Assembly: GCA_964016885.1 (NCBI GenBank) | Contig: OZ024741.1 | Span: forward strand, 255,316,001 to 255,380,000 | Length of the DNA: 64,000 nt | DNA from: Eledone cirrhosa | Lineage: Eukaryota | Direction: 5' to 3' | Shown: piece after piece, positions 37,201-49,800 of the stretch | Layout: every line of letters starts with the position of its first letter | Numbering within the stretch: position 1 is the first letter of the stretch | Position numbers and translations under genes: made by a program | The notes under the pieces: model-generated | The model's database searches: none | Told to the model about the DNA's origin: nothing | What the model saw: the letters and a program-made list of their open reading frames with translations, nothing else

Positions 37201-40200
37201 TTTTCTCTGTCAGTGCCAGTGTTGTTGTAGTTGTTGCTGTTTTCTGTGTCAGTGCCACTGTTGTTGTTGCTGTTTTCTCTGTCAGTGCCAGTGTTGTTGT
37301 AGTTGTTGCTGTTTTCTGTGTCAGTGCCAGTGTTGTTGTTGTTGCTGTTTTCTCTGTCAGTGCCAGTGATGTTGTAGTTGTTGCTGTTTTCTGTGTTAGT
37401 GCCAGTGTTGTTGTAGTTGTTGCTGTTTTCTGTGTCAGTGCCAGTGTTGTTGCTGTTGCTGTTTTCTCTGTCAGTGTCAGTGTTGTTGTAGTTGTTGCTG
37501 ATTTCTCTGTCAGTGCCAGTGTTGTTGTAGTTGTTGCTGTTTTCTGTGTCAGTGCCAGTGTTGTTGTTGTTGCTGTTTTCTCTGTCAGTGCCAGTGTTGT
37601 TGTAGTTGTTGCTGTTTTCTGTGTCAGTGCCACTGTTGTTGTTGCTGTTTTCTCTGTCAGTGCCAGTGTTGTTGTAGTTTTTGCTGTTTTCTGTGTCAGT
37701 GCCAGTGTTGTTTTTGCTGTTTTCTGTGTCAGTGCCAGTGTTGTTGTTGTTGCTGTTTTCTCTGTCAGTGCCAGTGCTGTTGTTGTTGCTGTTTTCTGTG
37801 TCAGTGCCAGTGTTGTTGTTGTTGCTGTTTTCTTTGTCAATGCCAGTGTTGTTGTTGTTACTGTTGCTGTTTTCTGTGTCAGTGCCAGTGTTGTTGTAGT
37901 TGTTGCTGTTTTCTGTGCCAGTGCCAGTGTTATTGTTGCTGTTGTTGCTGTTTTCTGTGTCAGTGCCACAGTTGTTGCTGTTGTTGCTGTTTTCTGTGTC
38001 AGTGCCAGTGTTGTTGTTGCTGTTTTCTGTGTCAGTGCCAGTGTTGTTGTTGCTGTTGTTGCTGTTTTCTGTGCCAGTGTTGTTGTAGTTGTTGCTGTTT
38101 TCTGTGTCAGTGCCAGTGTTGTTGTTGTTGCTGTTTTCTCTGTCAGTGCCAGTGTTGTTGTTGCTGTTTTCTCTGTCAGTGCCAGTGTTGTTGTTGCTGT
38201 TTTCTGTGTCAGTGCCATTGTTATTGCTGTTGTTGCTGTTTTCTCTGTCAGTGCCAGTGTTGTTGTTGCTGTTGTTGCTGTTGCTGTTTTCTCTGTCAGT
38301 GCCAGTGCTGTTGTAGTTGTTGCTGTTTTCTCTGTCAGTGCCAGTGTTGTAGTTGTTGCTGTTTTCTGTGTCAGTGCCAGTGTTGTTGTTGTTGCTGTTT
38401 TCTCTGTCAGTGCCAGTGTTGTTGTAGTTGTTGCTGTTTTCTCTGTCAGTGCCAGTGTTGTTGTAGTTGTTGCTGTTTTCTGTGTCAGTGCCAGTGTTGT
38501 TGTTGTTGCTGCTTTCTCTGTCAGTGCCAGTGTTGTTGTAGTTGTTGCTGTTTTCTGTGTCAGTGCCAGTGTTGTTGTAGTTGTTGCCGTTTTCTCTGTC
38601 AGTGCCAGTGTTGTTGTAGTTGTTGCTGTTTTCTGTGTCAGTGCCAGTGTTGTTGTTGCTGTTTTCTCTGTCAGTGCCAGTGTTGTAGTTGTTGCTGTTT
38701 TCTCTGTCAGTGCCAGTGTTGTTGTTGTTGTTGCTGTTTTCTCTGTCAGTGCCAGTGTTGTTGTTGTTGTTGCTGTTTTCTCTGTCAGTGCCAGTGTTGT
38801 TGTTGTTGCTATTTTCACTGTCAGTGCCAGTGTTGTTGTTGTTGCTATTTTCACTATCAGTGCCAGTGTTGTTGTTGTTGCTATTTTCACTGTCAGTGCC
38901 AGTGTTGTTGTTGTTACTGTTGCTGTTTTCTGTGTCAGTGCCAGTGTTGTTGTTGTTACTGTTGCTGTTTCCTGTGCCACTGCCAGTGTTATTGTTGTTG
39001 TTGTTGCTGTTTTGTCTGTCAGTGCCAGTGTTGTAGTTGTTGCTGTTTTCTCTGTCAGTGCCAGTGTTGTTGTAGTTGTTGCTGTTTTATGTGTCAGTGC
39101 CAGTGTTGTTGTTGTTGCTGTTTTCTGTGTCAGTGCCAGTGTTGTTGTTGTTGCTATTTTCACTGTCAGTGCCAGTGTTGTTGCTGTTGCTGTTTTCTCT
39201 GTCAGTGCCAGTGATGTTGTAGTTGTTGCTGTTTTCTGTGTTAGTGCCAGTGTTGTTGTAGTTGTTGCTGTTTTCTGTGTCAGTGCCAGTGTTGTTGCTG
39301 TTGCTGTTTTCTCTGTCAGTGCCAGTGTTGTTGTAGTTGTTGCTGTTTTCTGTGTTAGTGCCAGTGTTGTTGTAGTTGTTGCTGTTTTCTGTGTCAGTGA
39401 CAGTGTTGTTGCTGTTGCTGTTTTCTGTGTCAGTGCCACTGTTGTTGTTGCTGTTTTCTGTGTCTGTGCCAGTGTTGTTGTTGTTGCTGTTTTCTCTGTC
39501 AGTGCCAGTGTTGTTGTTGCTGTTTTCTCTGTCAGTGTCAGTGTTGTTGTAGTTGTTGCTGTTTTTTGTGTCAGTGCCAGTGTTGTTATAGTTGTTGCTG
39601 TTTTCTCTGTCAGTGCCAGTGTTGTAGTTGTTGCTGTTTTCTCTGTCAGTGCCAGTGTTGTTATAGTTGCTATTTTCACTGTCAGTGCCAGTGTTGTTGC
39701 TGTTGCTGTTTTCTCTGTCAGTGCCAGTGATGTTGTAGTTGTTGCTGTTTTCTGTGTTAGTGCCAGTGTTGTTGTAGTTGTTGCTGCTTTCTGTGTCAGT
39801 GCCAGTGTTGTTGCTGTTGCTGTTTTCTTTGTCAATGCCAGTGTTGTTGTAGTTGTTGCTGCTTTCTCTGTCAGTGCCAGTGTTGTTGTAGTTGTTGCTG
39901 TTTTCTGTGTCAGTGCCAGTGTTGTTGTAGTTGTTGCTGTTTTCTGTGTCAGTGCCAGTGTTGTTGTTGTTGATGTTTTCTCTGTCAGTGCCAGTGGTGT
40001 TGTAGTTGTTGCTGTTTTCTGTGTCAGTGCCACTGTTGTTGTTGCTGTTTTCTCTGTCAGTGCCAGTGTTGTTGCTGTTGCTATTTTCACTGTCAGTGCC
40101 AGTGTTGTTGTTGTTGCTGTTTTCTGTGTCAGTGCCAGTGTTGTTGTTGTTGCTGTTTTCTTTGTCAGTGCCAGTGTTGTTGTTGTTACTGTTGCTGTTT

Positions 40201-43200
40201 TCTGTGTCAGTTCCAGTGTTGCTGTTGCTGTTTTCTGTGCCAGTGCCAGTGTTATTGTTGCTGTTGTTGTTGTTTTCTGTGTCAGTGCCACGGTTGTTGT
40301 TGCTGTTGTTGCTGTTTTCTGTGTCAGTGTCAGTGTTGTTGTTGCTGTTTTCTGTGTCAGTGCCAGTGTTGTTGTTGCTGTTGTTGCTGTTTTCTGTGCC
40401 AGTGTTGTTGTAGTTGTTGCTGTTTTGTGTGTCAGTGCCGGTGTTGTTGTTGTTGCTGTTTTCTCTGTCAGTGCCAGTGTTGTTGTTGTTGCTGTTTTCT
40501 CTGTCAGTGCCAGTGTTGTTGTTGTTGCTGTTTTCTGTGTCAGTGCCAGTGTTGTTGTAGTTGTTGCTGTTTTCTGTGTCAGTGCCAGTGTTGTTGTAGT
40601 TGTTGCTGTTTTCTGTGTCAGTGCCAGTGTTGTTGTAGTTGTTGCTGTTTTCTCTGTCAGTGCCAGTGTTGTTGTAGTTGTTGCTGTTTTCTCTGTCAGT
40701 GCCAGTGTTGTTGTAGTTGTTGATGTTTTCTGTGTCAATGCCAGTGTTGTTGTTGTTGCTGTTTTCTCTGTCAGTGCCAGTGTTGTAGTTGTTGCTGTTT
40801 TCTCTGTCAGTGCCAGTGTTGTTGTAGTTGTTGCTGTTTTCTGTGTCAGTGCCAGTGTTGTTGCTGTTGTTGCTGTTTTCTGTGTCAGTGCCAGTGTTGT
40901 TGTTGTTGCTGTTTTCTCTGTCAGTGCCAGTGTTTTTGTTGTTGCTGTTTTCTGTGTCAGTGCCAGTGTTGTTCTAGTTGTTGCTGTTTTCTGTGTCAGT
41001 GCCAGTGTTGTTGTAGTTGTTGCTGTTTTCTCTGTCAGTGCCAGTGTTGTTGTAGTTGTTGCTGTTTTCTCTGTCAGTGCCAGTGTTGTTGTAGTTGTTG
41101 CTGTTTTCTGTGTCAGTGCCAGTGTTGTTTTTGTTGCTGTTTTCTCTGTCAGTGCCAGTGTTGTTGTAGTTGTTGCTGTTTTCTGTGTCAGTGCCACTGT
41201 TGTTGTTGCTGTTTTCTCTGTCAGTGCCAGTGTTGTTGTAGTTGTTGCTGTTTTCTGTGTCAGTGCCAGTGTTGTTGTTGTTGCTGTTTTCTCTGTCAGT
41301 GCCAGTGATGTTGTAGTTGTTGCTGTTTTCTGTGTTAGTGCCAGTGTTGTTGTAGTTGTTGCTGTTTTCTGTGTCAGTGCCAGTGTTGTTGCTGTTGCTG
41401 TTTTCTCTGTCAGTGTCAGTGTTGTTGTAGTTGTTGCTGCTTTCTCTGTCAGTGCCAGTGTTGTTGTAGTTGTTGCTGTTTTCTGTGTCAGTGCCAGTGT
41501 TGTTGTTGGTGCTGTTTTCTCTGTCAGTGCCAGTGTTGTTGTAGTTGTTGCTGTTTTCTGTGTCAGTGCCACTGTTGTTGTTGCTGTTTTCTCTGTCAGT
41601 GCCAGTGTTGTTGTAGTTTTTGCTGTTTTCTGTGTCAGTGCCAGTGTTGTTTTTGCTGTTTTCTGTGTCAGTGCCAGTGTTGTTGTTGTTGCTGTTTTCT
41701 CTGTCAGTGCCAGTGTTGTTGCTGTTGCTATTTTCACTATCAGTGCCAGTGTTGTTGTTGTTGCTATTTTCACTGTCAGTGCCAGTGTTGTTGTTGTTAC
41801 TGTTGCTGTTTTCTGTGTCAGTGCCAGTGTTGTTGTTGTTACTGTTGCTGTTTCCTGTGCCACTGCCAGTGTTATTGTTGTTGTTGTTGCTGTTTTGTCT
41901 GTCAGTGCCAGTGTTGTAGTTGTTGCTGTTTTCTCTGTCAGTGCCAGTGTTGTTGTAGTTGTTGCTGTTTTATGTGTCAGTGCCAGTGTTGTTGTTGTTG
42001 CTGTTTTCTGTGTCAGTGCCAGTGTTGTTGTTGTTGCTATTTTCACTGTCAGTGCCAGTGTTGTTGCTGTTGCTGTTTTCTCTGTCAGTGCCAGTGATGT
42101 TGTAGTTGTTGCTGTTTTCTGTGTTAGTGCCAGTGTTGTTGTAGTTGTTGCTGTTTTCTGTGTCAGTGCCAGTGTTGTTGCTGTTGCTGTTTTCTCTGTC
42201 AGTGCCAGTGTTGTTGTAGTTGTTGCTGTTTTCTGTGTTAGTGCCAGTGTTGTTGTAGTTGTTGCTGTTTTCTGTGTCAGTGACAGTGTTGTTGCTGTTG
42301 CTGTTTTCTGTGTCAGTGCCACTGTTGTTGTTGCTGTTTTCTGTGTCTGTGCCAGTGTTGTTGTTGTTGCTGTTTTCTCTGTCAGTGCCAGTGTTGTTGT
42401 TGCTGTTTTCTCTGTCAGTGTCAGTGTTGTTGTAGTTGTTGCTGTTTTTTGTGTCAGTGCCAGTGTTGTTATAGTTGTTGCTGTTTTCTCTGTCAGTGCC
42501 AGTGTTGTAGTTGTTGCTGTTTTCTCTGTCAGTGCCAGTGTTGTTATAGTTGCTATTTTCACTGTCAGTGCCAGTGTTGTTGCTGTTGCTGTTTTCTCTG
42601 TCAGTGCCAGTGATGTTGTAGTTGTTGCTGTTTTCTGTGTTAGTGCCAGTGTTGTTGTAGTTGTTGCTGCTTTCTGTGTCAGTGCCAGTGTTGTTGCTGT
42701 TGCTGTTTTCTTTGTCAATGCCAGTGTTGTTGTAGTTGTTGCTGCTTTCTCTGTCAGTGCCAGTGTTGTTGTAGTTGTTGCTGTTTTCTGTGTCAGTGCC
42801 AGTGTTGTTGTAGTTGTTGCTGTTTTCTGTGTCAGTGCCAGTGTTGTTGTTGTTGATGTTTTCTCTGTCAGTGCCAGTGGTGTTGTAGTTGTTGCTGTTT
42901 TCTGTGTCAGTGCCACTGTTGTTGTTGCTGTTTTCTCTGTCAGTGCCAGTGTTGTTGCTGTTGCTATTTTCACTGTCAGTGCCAGTGTTGTTGTTGTTGC
43001 TGTTTTCTGTGTCAGTGCCAGTGTTGTTGTTGTTGCTGTTTTCTTTGTCAGTGCCAGTGTTGTTGTTGTTACTGTTGCTGTTTTCTGTGTCAGTTCCAGT
43101 GTTGCTGTTGCTGTTTTCTGTGCCAGTGCCAGTGTTATTGTTGCTGTTGTTGTTGTTTTCTGTGTCAGTGCCACGGTTGTTGTTGCTGTTGTTGCTGTTT

Positions 43201-44700
43201 TCTGTGTCAGTGTCAGTGTTGTTGTTGCTGTTTTCTGTGTCAGTGCCAGTGTTGTTGTTGCTGTTGTTGCTGTTTTCTGTGCCAGTGTTGTTGTAGTTGT
43301 TGCTGTTTTGTGTGTCAGTGCCGGTGTTGTTGTTGTTGCTGTTTTCTCTGTCAGTGCCAGTGTTGTTGTTGTTGCTGTTTTCTCTGTCAGTGCCAGTGTT
43401 GTTGTTGTTGCTGTTTTCTGTGTCAGTGCCAGTGTTGTTGTAGTTGTTGCTGTTTTCTGTGTCAGTGCCAGTGTTGTTGTAGTTGTTGCTGTTTTCTGTG
43501 TCAGTGCCAGTGTTGTTGTAGTTGTTGCTGTTTTCTCTGTCAGTGCCAGTGTTGTTGTAGTTGTTGCTGTTTTCTCTGTCAGTGCCAGTGTTGTTGTAGT
43601 TGTTGATGTTTTCTGTGTCAATGCCAGTGTTGTTGTTGTTGCTGTTTTCTCTGTCAGTGCCAGTGTTGTAGTTGTTGCTGTTTTCTCTGTCAGTGCCAGT
43701 GTTGTTGTAGTTGTTGCTGTTTTCTGTGTCAGTGCCAGTGTTGTTGCTGTTGTTGCTGTTTTCTGTGTCAGTGCCAGTGTTGTTGTTGTTGCTGTTTTCT
43801 CTGTCAGTGCCAGTGTTTTTGTTGTTGCTGTTTTCTGTGTCAGTGCCAGTGTTGTTCTAGTTGTTGCTGTTTTCTGTGTCAGTGCCAGTGTTGTTGTAGT
43901 TGTTGCTGTTTTCTCTGTCAGTGCCAGTGTTGTTGTAGTTGTTGCTGTTTTCTCTGTCAGTGCCAGTGTTGTTGTAGTTGTTGCTGTTTTCTGTGTCAGT
44001 GCCAGTGTTGTTTTTGTTGCTGTTTTCTCTGTCAGTGCCAGTGTTGTTGTAGTTGTTGCTGTTTTCTGTGTCAGTGCCACTGTTGTTGTTGCTGTTTTCT
44101 CTGTCAGTGCCAGTGTTGTTGTAGTTGTTGCTGTTTTCTGTGTCAGTGCCAGTGTTGTTGTTGTTGCTGTTTTCTCTGTCAGTGCCAGTGATGTTGTAGT
44201 TGTTGCTGTTTTCTGTGTTAGTGCCAGTGTTGTTGTAGTTGTTGCTGTTTTCTGTGTCAGTGCCAGTGTTGTTGCTGTTGCTGTTTTCTCTGTCAGTGTC
44301 AGTGTTGTTGTAGTTGTTGCTGCTTTCTCTGTCAGTGCCAGTGTTGTTGTAGTTGTTGCTGTTTTCTGTGTCAGTGCCAGTGTTGTTGTTGGTGCTGTTT
44401 TCTCTGTCAGTGCCAGTGTTGTTGTAGTTGTTGCTGTTTTCTGTGTCAGTGCCACTGTTGTTGTTGCTGTTTTCTCTGTCAGTGCCAGTGTTGTTGTAGT
44501 TTTTGCTGTTTTCTGTGTCAGTGCCAGTGTTGTTTTTGCTGTTTTCTGTGTCAGTGCCAGTGTTGTTGTTGTTGCTGTTTTCTCTGTCAGTGCCAGTGTT
44601 GTTGCTGTTGCTATTTTCACTGTCAGTGCCAGTGTTGTTGTTGTTGCTGTTTTCTCTGTCAGTGCCAGTGTTGTTGCTGTTGCTATTTTCACTATCAGTG
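15800..44700. repeat. Series of about 2.9-4.0 kb higher-order repeat units
   Basis: Offsets +3897 (16025/19922, 16540/20437, 16961/20858, 18151/22048), +3933 (18370/22303, 19270/23203), +4047 (30706/34753, 31583/35630, 32098/36145, 32519/36566), +3936 (33964/37900, 34153/38089, 34753/38689) and +2883 (40006/42889, 40427/43310, 41620/44503). Confidence 0.88.
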
Positions 44701-46899
44701 CCAGTGTTGTTGTTGTTGCTGTTTTCTGTGTCAGTGCCAGTGTTGTTGTTGTTGCTGTTTTCTTTGTCAATGCCAGTGTTGTTGTTGTTACTGTTGCTGT
44801 TTTCTGTGTCAGTGCCAGTGTTGTTGTAGTTGTTGCTGTTTTCTGTGCCAGTGCCAGTGTTATTGTTGCTGTTGTTGCTGTTTTCTGTGTCAGTGCCACA
44901 GTTGTTGCTGTTGTTGCTGTTTTCTGTGTCAGTGCCAGTGTTGTTGTTGCTGTTTTCTCTGTCAGTGCCAGTGTTGTTGTAGCTGTTGCTGTTTTCTCTG
45001 TCAGTGCCAGTGTTGTTGTAGTTGTTGCTGTTTTCTGTGTCAGTGCCAGTGTTGTTGTAGTTGTTGCTGTTTTCTCTGTCAGTGCCAGTGTTGTTGTAGT
45101 TGTTGCTGTTTTCTCTGTCAGTGCCAGTGTTGTTGTAGTTGTTGCTGTTTTCTGTGTCAGTGCCAGTGTTGTTGATGTTGCTGTTTTCTCTGTCAGTGCC
45201 AGTGTTGTTGTAGTTGTTGCTGTTTTCTGTGTCAGTGCCAGTGTTGTTGCTGTTGTTGCTGTTTTCTGTGTCAGTGCCAGTGTTGTTGTTGTTGCTGTTT
45301 TCTCTGTCAGTGCCAGTGTTTTTGTTGTTGCTGTTTTCTGTGTCAGTGCCAGTGTTGTTCTAGTTGTTGCTGTTTTCTGTGTCAGTGCCAGTGTTGTTTT
45401 AGTTGTTGCTGTTTTCTCTGTCAGTGCCAGTGTTGTAGTTGTTGCTGTTTTCTGTGTCAGTGCCAGTGTTGTTGTTGTTGCTGTTTTCTCTGTCAGTGCC
45501 AGTGTTGTTGTAGTTGTTGCTGTTTTCTCTGTCAGTGCCAGTGTTGTTGTAGTTGTTGCTGTTTTCTGTGTCAGTGCCGGTGTTGTTGTTGTTGCTGTTT
45601 TCTCTGTCAATGCCAGTGTTGTTGTTGTTGCTGTTTTCTCTGTCAGTGCCAGTGTTGTTGTTGTTGCTGTTTTCTGTGTCAGTGCCAGTGTTGTTGTTGC
45701 TGTTTTCTGTGTCAGTGCCAGTGTTGTTGTAGTTGTTGCTGTTTTCTGTGCCAGTGCCAGTGTTGCTGTAGTTGTTGCTGTTTTCAGTGTCAGTGCCAGT
45801 GTTGTTGTAGTTGTTGCTGTTTTCTCTGTGAGTGCCAGTGTTGTTGTAGTTGTTGCTGTTTTCTCTGTCAGTGCCAGTGTTGTTGTAGTTGTTGCTGTTT
45901 TCTGTGTCAGTGCCAGTGATGTTGTTGTTGCTGTTTTCTCTGTCAGTGCCAGTGTTGTTGTAGTTGTTGCTGTTTTCTGTGGCAGTGCCAGTGTTGTTGT
46001 AGTTGTTGCTGTTTTCTCTGTCAGTGCCAGTGTTGTTGTAGTTGTTGCTGTTTTCTGTGTCAGTGCCAGTGTTGTTGTTGCTGTTTTCTCTGTCAGTGCC
46101 AGTGTTGTTGTAGTTGTTGCTGTTTTCTCTGTCAGTGCCAGTGATGTTGTAGTTGTTGCTGTTTTCTGTGTTAGTGCCAGTGTTGTTGTAGTTGTTGCTG
46201 TTTTCTGTGTCAGTGCCAGTGTTGTTGCTGTTGCTGTTTTCTCTGTCAGTGCCAGTGTTGTTGTAGTTGTTGCTGCTTTCTCTGTCAGTGCCAGTGTTGT
46301 TGTAGTTGTTGCTGTTTTCTGTGTCAGTGCCAGTGTTGTTGTTGTTGCTGTTTTCTCTGTCAGTGCCAGTGTTGTTGTAGTTGTTGCTGTTTTCTGTGTC
46401 AGTGCCACTGTTGTTGTTGCTGTTTTCTCTGTCAGTGCCAGTCTTGTTGTAGTTTTTGCTGTTTTCTGTGTCAGTGCCAGTGTTGTTGTTGCTGTTTTCT
46501 GTGTCAGTGCCAGTGTTGTTGTTGTTGCTGTTTTCTCTGTCAGTGCCAGTGTTGTTGCTGTTGCTATTTTCACTGTCAGTGCCAGTGTTGTTGTTGTTGC
46601 TGTTTTCTGTGTCAGTGCCAGTGTTGTTGTTGTTGCTGTTTTCTTTGTCAGTGCCAGTGTTGTTGTTGTTACTGTTGCTGTTTTCTGTGTCAGTTCCAGT
46701 GTTGCTGTTGCTGTTTTCTGTGCCAGTGCCAGTGTTATTGTTGCTGTTGTTGCTGTTTTCTGTGTCAGTTCCACGGTTGTTGTTGCTGTTGTTGCTGTTT
46801 TCTGTGTCACTGCCAGTGTTGTTGTTGCTGTTTTCTGTGTCAGTGCCAGTGTTGTTGTTGCTGTTGTTGCTGTTTTCTCTGTCAGTGCCAGTGTTTTTG

Positions 46900-49800
46900 T
46901 TGTTGCTGTTTTCTGTGTCAGTGCCAGTGTTTTTCTAGTTGTTGCTGTTTTCTGTGTCAGTGCCAGTGTTGTTTTAGTTGTTGCTGTTTTCTCTGTCAGT
47001 GCCAGTGTTGTAGTTGTTGCTGTTTTCTGTGTCAGTGCCAGTGTTGTTGTTGTTGCTGCTTTCTCTGTCAGTGCCAGTGTTGTTGTAGTTGTTGCTGTTT
47101 TCTCTGTCAGTGCCAGTGTTGTTGTAGTTGTTGCTGTTTTCTGTGTCAGTGCCGGTGTTGTTGTTGTTGCTGTTTTCTCTGTCAATGCCAGTGTTGTTGT
47201 TGTTGCTGTTTTCTCTGTCAGTGCCAGTGTTGTTGTTGTTGCTGTTTTCTGTGTCAGTGCCAGTGTTGTTGTTGTTGCTGTTTTCTGTGTCAGTGCCAGT
47301 GTTGTTGTAGTTGTTGCTGTTTTCTGTGCCAGTGCCAGTGTTGTTGTAGTTGTTGCTGTTTTCTGTGTCAGTGCCAGTGTTGTTGTAGTTGTTGCTGTTT
47401 TCTCTGTGAGTGCCAGTGTTGTTGTAGTTGTTGCTGTTTTCTGTGTCAGTGCCAGTGTTGTTGTAGTTGTTGCTGTTTTCTCTGTCAGTGCCAGTGTTGT
47501 TGTAGTTGTTGCTGTTTTCTGTGTCAGTGCCAGTGTTGTTGTTGCTGTTTTCTCTGTCAGTGCCAGTGTTGTTGTAGTTGTTGCTGTTTTCTCTGTCAGT
47601 GCCAGTGATGTTGTAGTTGTTGCTGTTTTCTGTGTTAGTGCCAGTGTTGTTGTAGTTGTTGCTGTTTTCTGTGTCAGTGCCAGTGTTGTTGCTGTTGCTG
47701 TTTTCTCTGTCAGTGCCAGTGTTGTTGTAGTTGTTGCTGCTTTCTCTGTCAGTGCCAGTGTTGTTGTAGTTGTTGCTGTTTTCTGTGTCAGTGCCAGTGT
47801 TGTTGTTGTTGCTGTTTTCTCTGTCAGTGCCAGTGTTGTTGTAGTTGTTGCTGTTTTCTGTGTCAGTGCCAATGTTGTTGTTGCTGTTTTCTCTGTCAGT
47901 GCCAGAGTTGTTGTAGTTTTTGCTGTTTTCTGTGTCAGTGCCAGTGTTGTTGTTGCTGTTTTCTGTGTCAGTGCCAGTGTTGTTGTTGTTGCTGTTTTCT
48001 CTGTCAGTGCCAGTGTTGTTGCTGTTGTTATTTTCACTGTCAGTGCCAGTGTTGTTGTTGTTGCTGTTTTCTGTGTCAGTGCCAGTGTTGTTGTTGTTGC
48101 TGTTTTCTTTGTCAGTGCCAGTGTTGTTGTTGTTACTGTTGCTGTTTTCTGTGTCAGTTCCAGTGTTGCTGTTGCTGTTTTCTGTGCCAGTGCCAGTGTT
48201 ATTGTTGCTGTTGTTGCTGTTTTCTGTGTCAGTGCCACGGTTGTTGTTGCTGTTGTTGCTGTTTTCTGTGTCAGTGCCAGTGTTGTTGTTGCTGTTTTCT
48301 GTGTCAGTGCCAGTGTTGTTGTTGCTGTTGTTGCTGTTTTCTATGCCAGTGTTGTTGTAGTTGTTGCTGTTTTCTGTGTCAGTGCCGGTGTTGTTGTTGT
48401 TGCTGTTTTCTCTGTCAGTGCCAGTGTTGTTGTTGTTGCTGTTTTCTCTGTCAGTGCCAGTGTTGTTGTTGTTGCTGTTTTCTGTGTCAGTGCCAGTGTT
48501 GTTGTAGTTGTTGCTGTTTTCTGTGTCAGTGTCAGTGTTGTTGTAGTTGTTGCTGTTTTCTGTGTCAGTGCCAGTGTTGTTGTAGTTGTTGCTGTTTTCT
48601 CTGTCAGTGCCAGTGTTGTTGTAGTTGTTGCTGTTTTCTCTGTCAGTGCCAGTGTTGTTGTAGTTGTTGATGTTTTCTGTGTCAATGCCAGTGTTGTTGT
48701 TGTTGCTGTTTTCTCTGTCAGTGCCAGTGTTGTAGTTGTTGCTGTTTTCTCTGTCAGTGCCAGTGTTGTTGTAGTTGTTGCTGTTTTCTGTGTCAGTGCC
48801 AGTGTTGTTGCTGTTGTTGCTGTTTTCTGTGTCAGTGCCAGTGTTGTTGTTGTTGCTGTTTTCTCTGTCAGTGCCAGTGTTTTTGTTGTTGCTGTTTTCT
48901 GTGTCAGTGCCAGTGTTGTTCTAGTTGTTGCTGTTTTCTGTGTCAGTGCCAATGTTGTTGTAGTTGTTGCTGTTTTCTCTGTCAGTGCCAGTGTTGTTGT
49001 AGTTGTTGCTGTTTTCTCTGTCAGTGACAGTGTTGTTGAAGTTGTTGCTGTTTTCTGTGTCAGTGCCAGTGTTGTTGTTGTTGCTGTTTTCTCTGTCAGT
49101 GCCAGTGTTGTTGTAGTTATTGCTGTTTTCTGTGTCAGTGCCACTGTTGTTGTTGCTGTTTTCTGTGTCGGTGCCAGTGTTGTTGTTGTTGCTGTTTTCT
49201 CTGTCAGTGCCAGTGTTGTTGTAGTTGTTGCTGTTTTCTGTGTCAGTGCCAGTGTTGTTGTTGTTGCTGTTTTCTCTGTCAGTGCCAGTGTTGTTGTAGT
49301 TGTTGCTGTTTTCTGTGTCAGTGCCAGTGTTGTTGCTGTTGCTGTTTTCTCTGTCAGTGCCAGTGTTGTTGTAGTTGTTGCTGCTTTCTCTGTCAGTGCC
49401 AGTGTTGTTGAAGTTGTTGCTGTTTTCTGTGTCAGTGCCAGTGTTGTTGTTGTTGCTGTTTTCTCTGTCAGTGCCAGTGTTGTTGTAGTTGTTGCTGCTT
49501 TCTCTGTCAGTGCCAGTGTTGTTGTAGTTGTTGCTGTTTTCTGTGTCAGTGCCAGTGTTGTTGTTGCTGTTTTCTCTGTCAGTGCCAGTGTTGTTGTAGT
49601 TGTTGCTGTTTTCTCTGTCAGTGCCAGTGTTGTTGAAGTTGTTGCTGTTTTCTGTGTCAGTGCCAGTGTTGTTCTTGTTGCTGTTTTCTGTGTCAGTGCC
49701 AGTGTTGTTGTAGTTGTTGCTGTTTTCTGTGTCAGTGCCAGTGTTGTGGTAGTTGTTGCTGTTTTCTGTGTCAGTGCCAGTGTTGTTGTAGTTGTTGCTG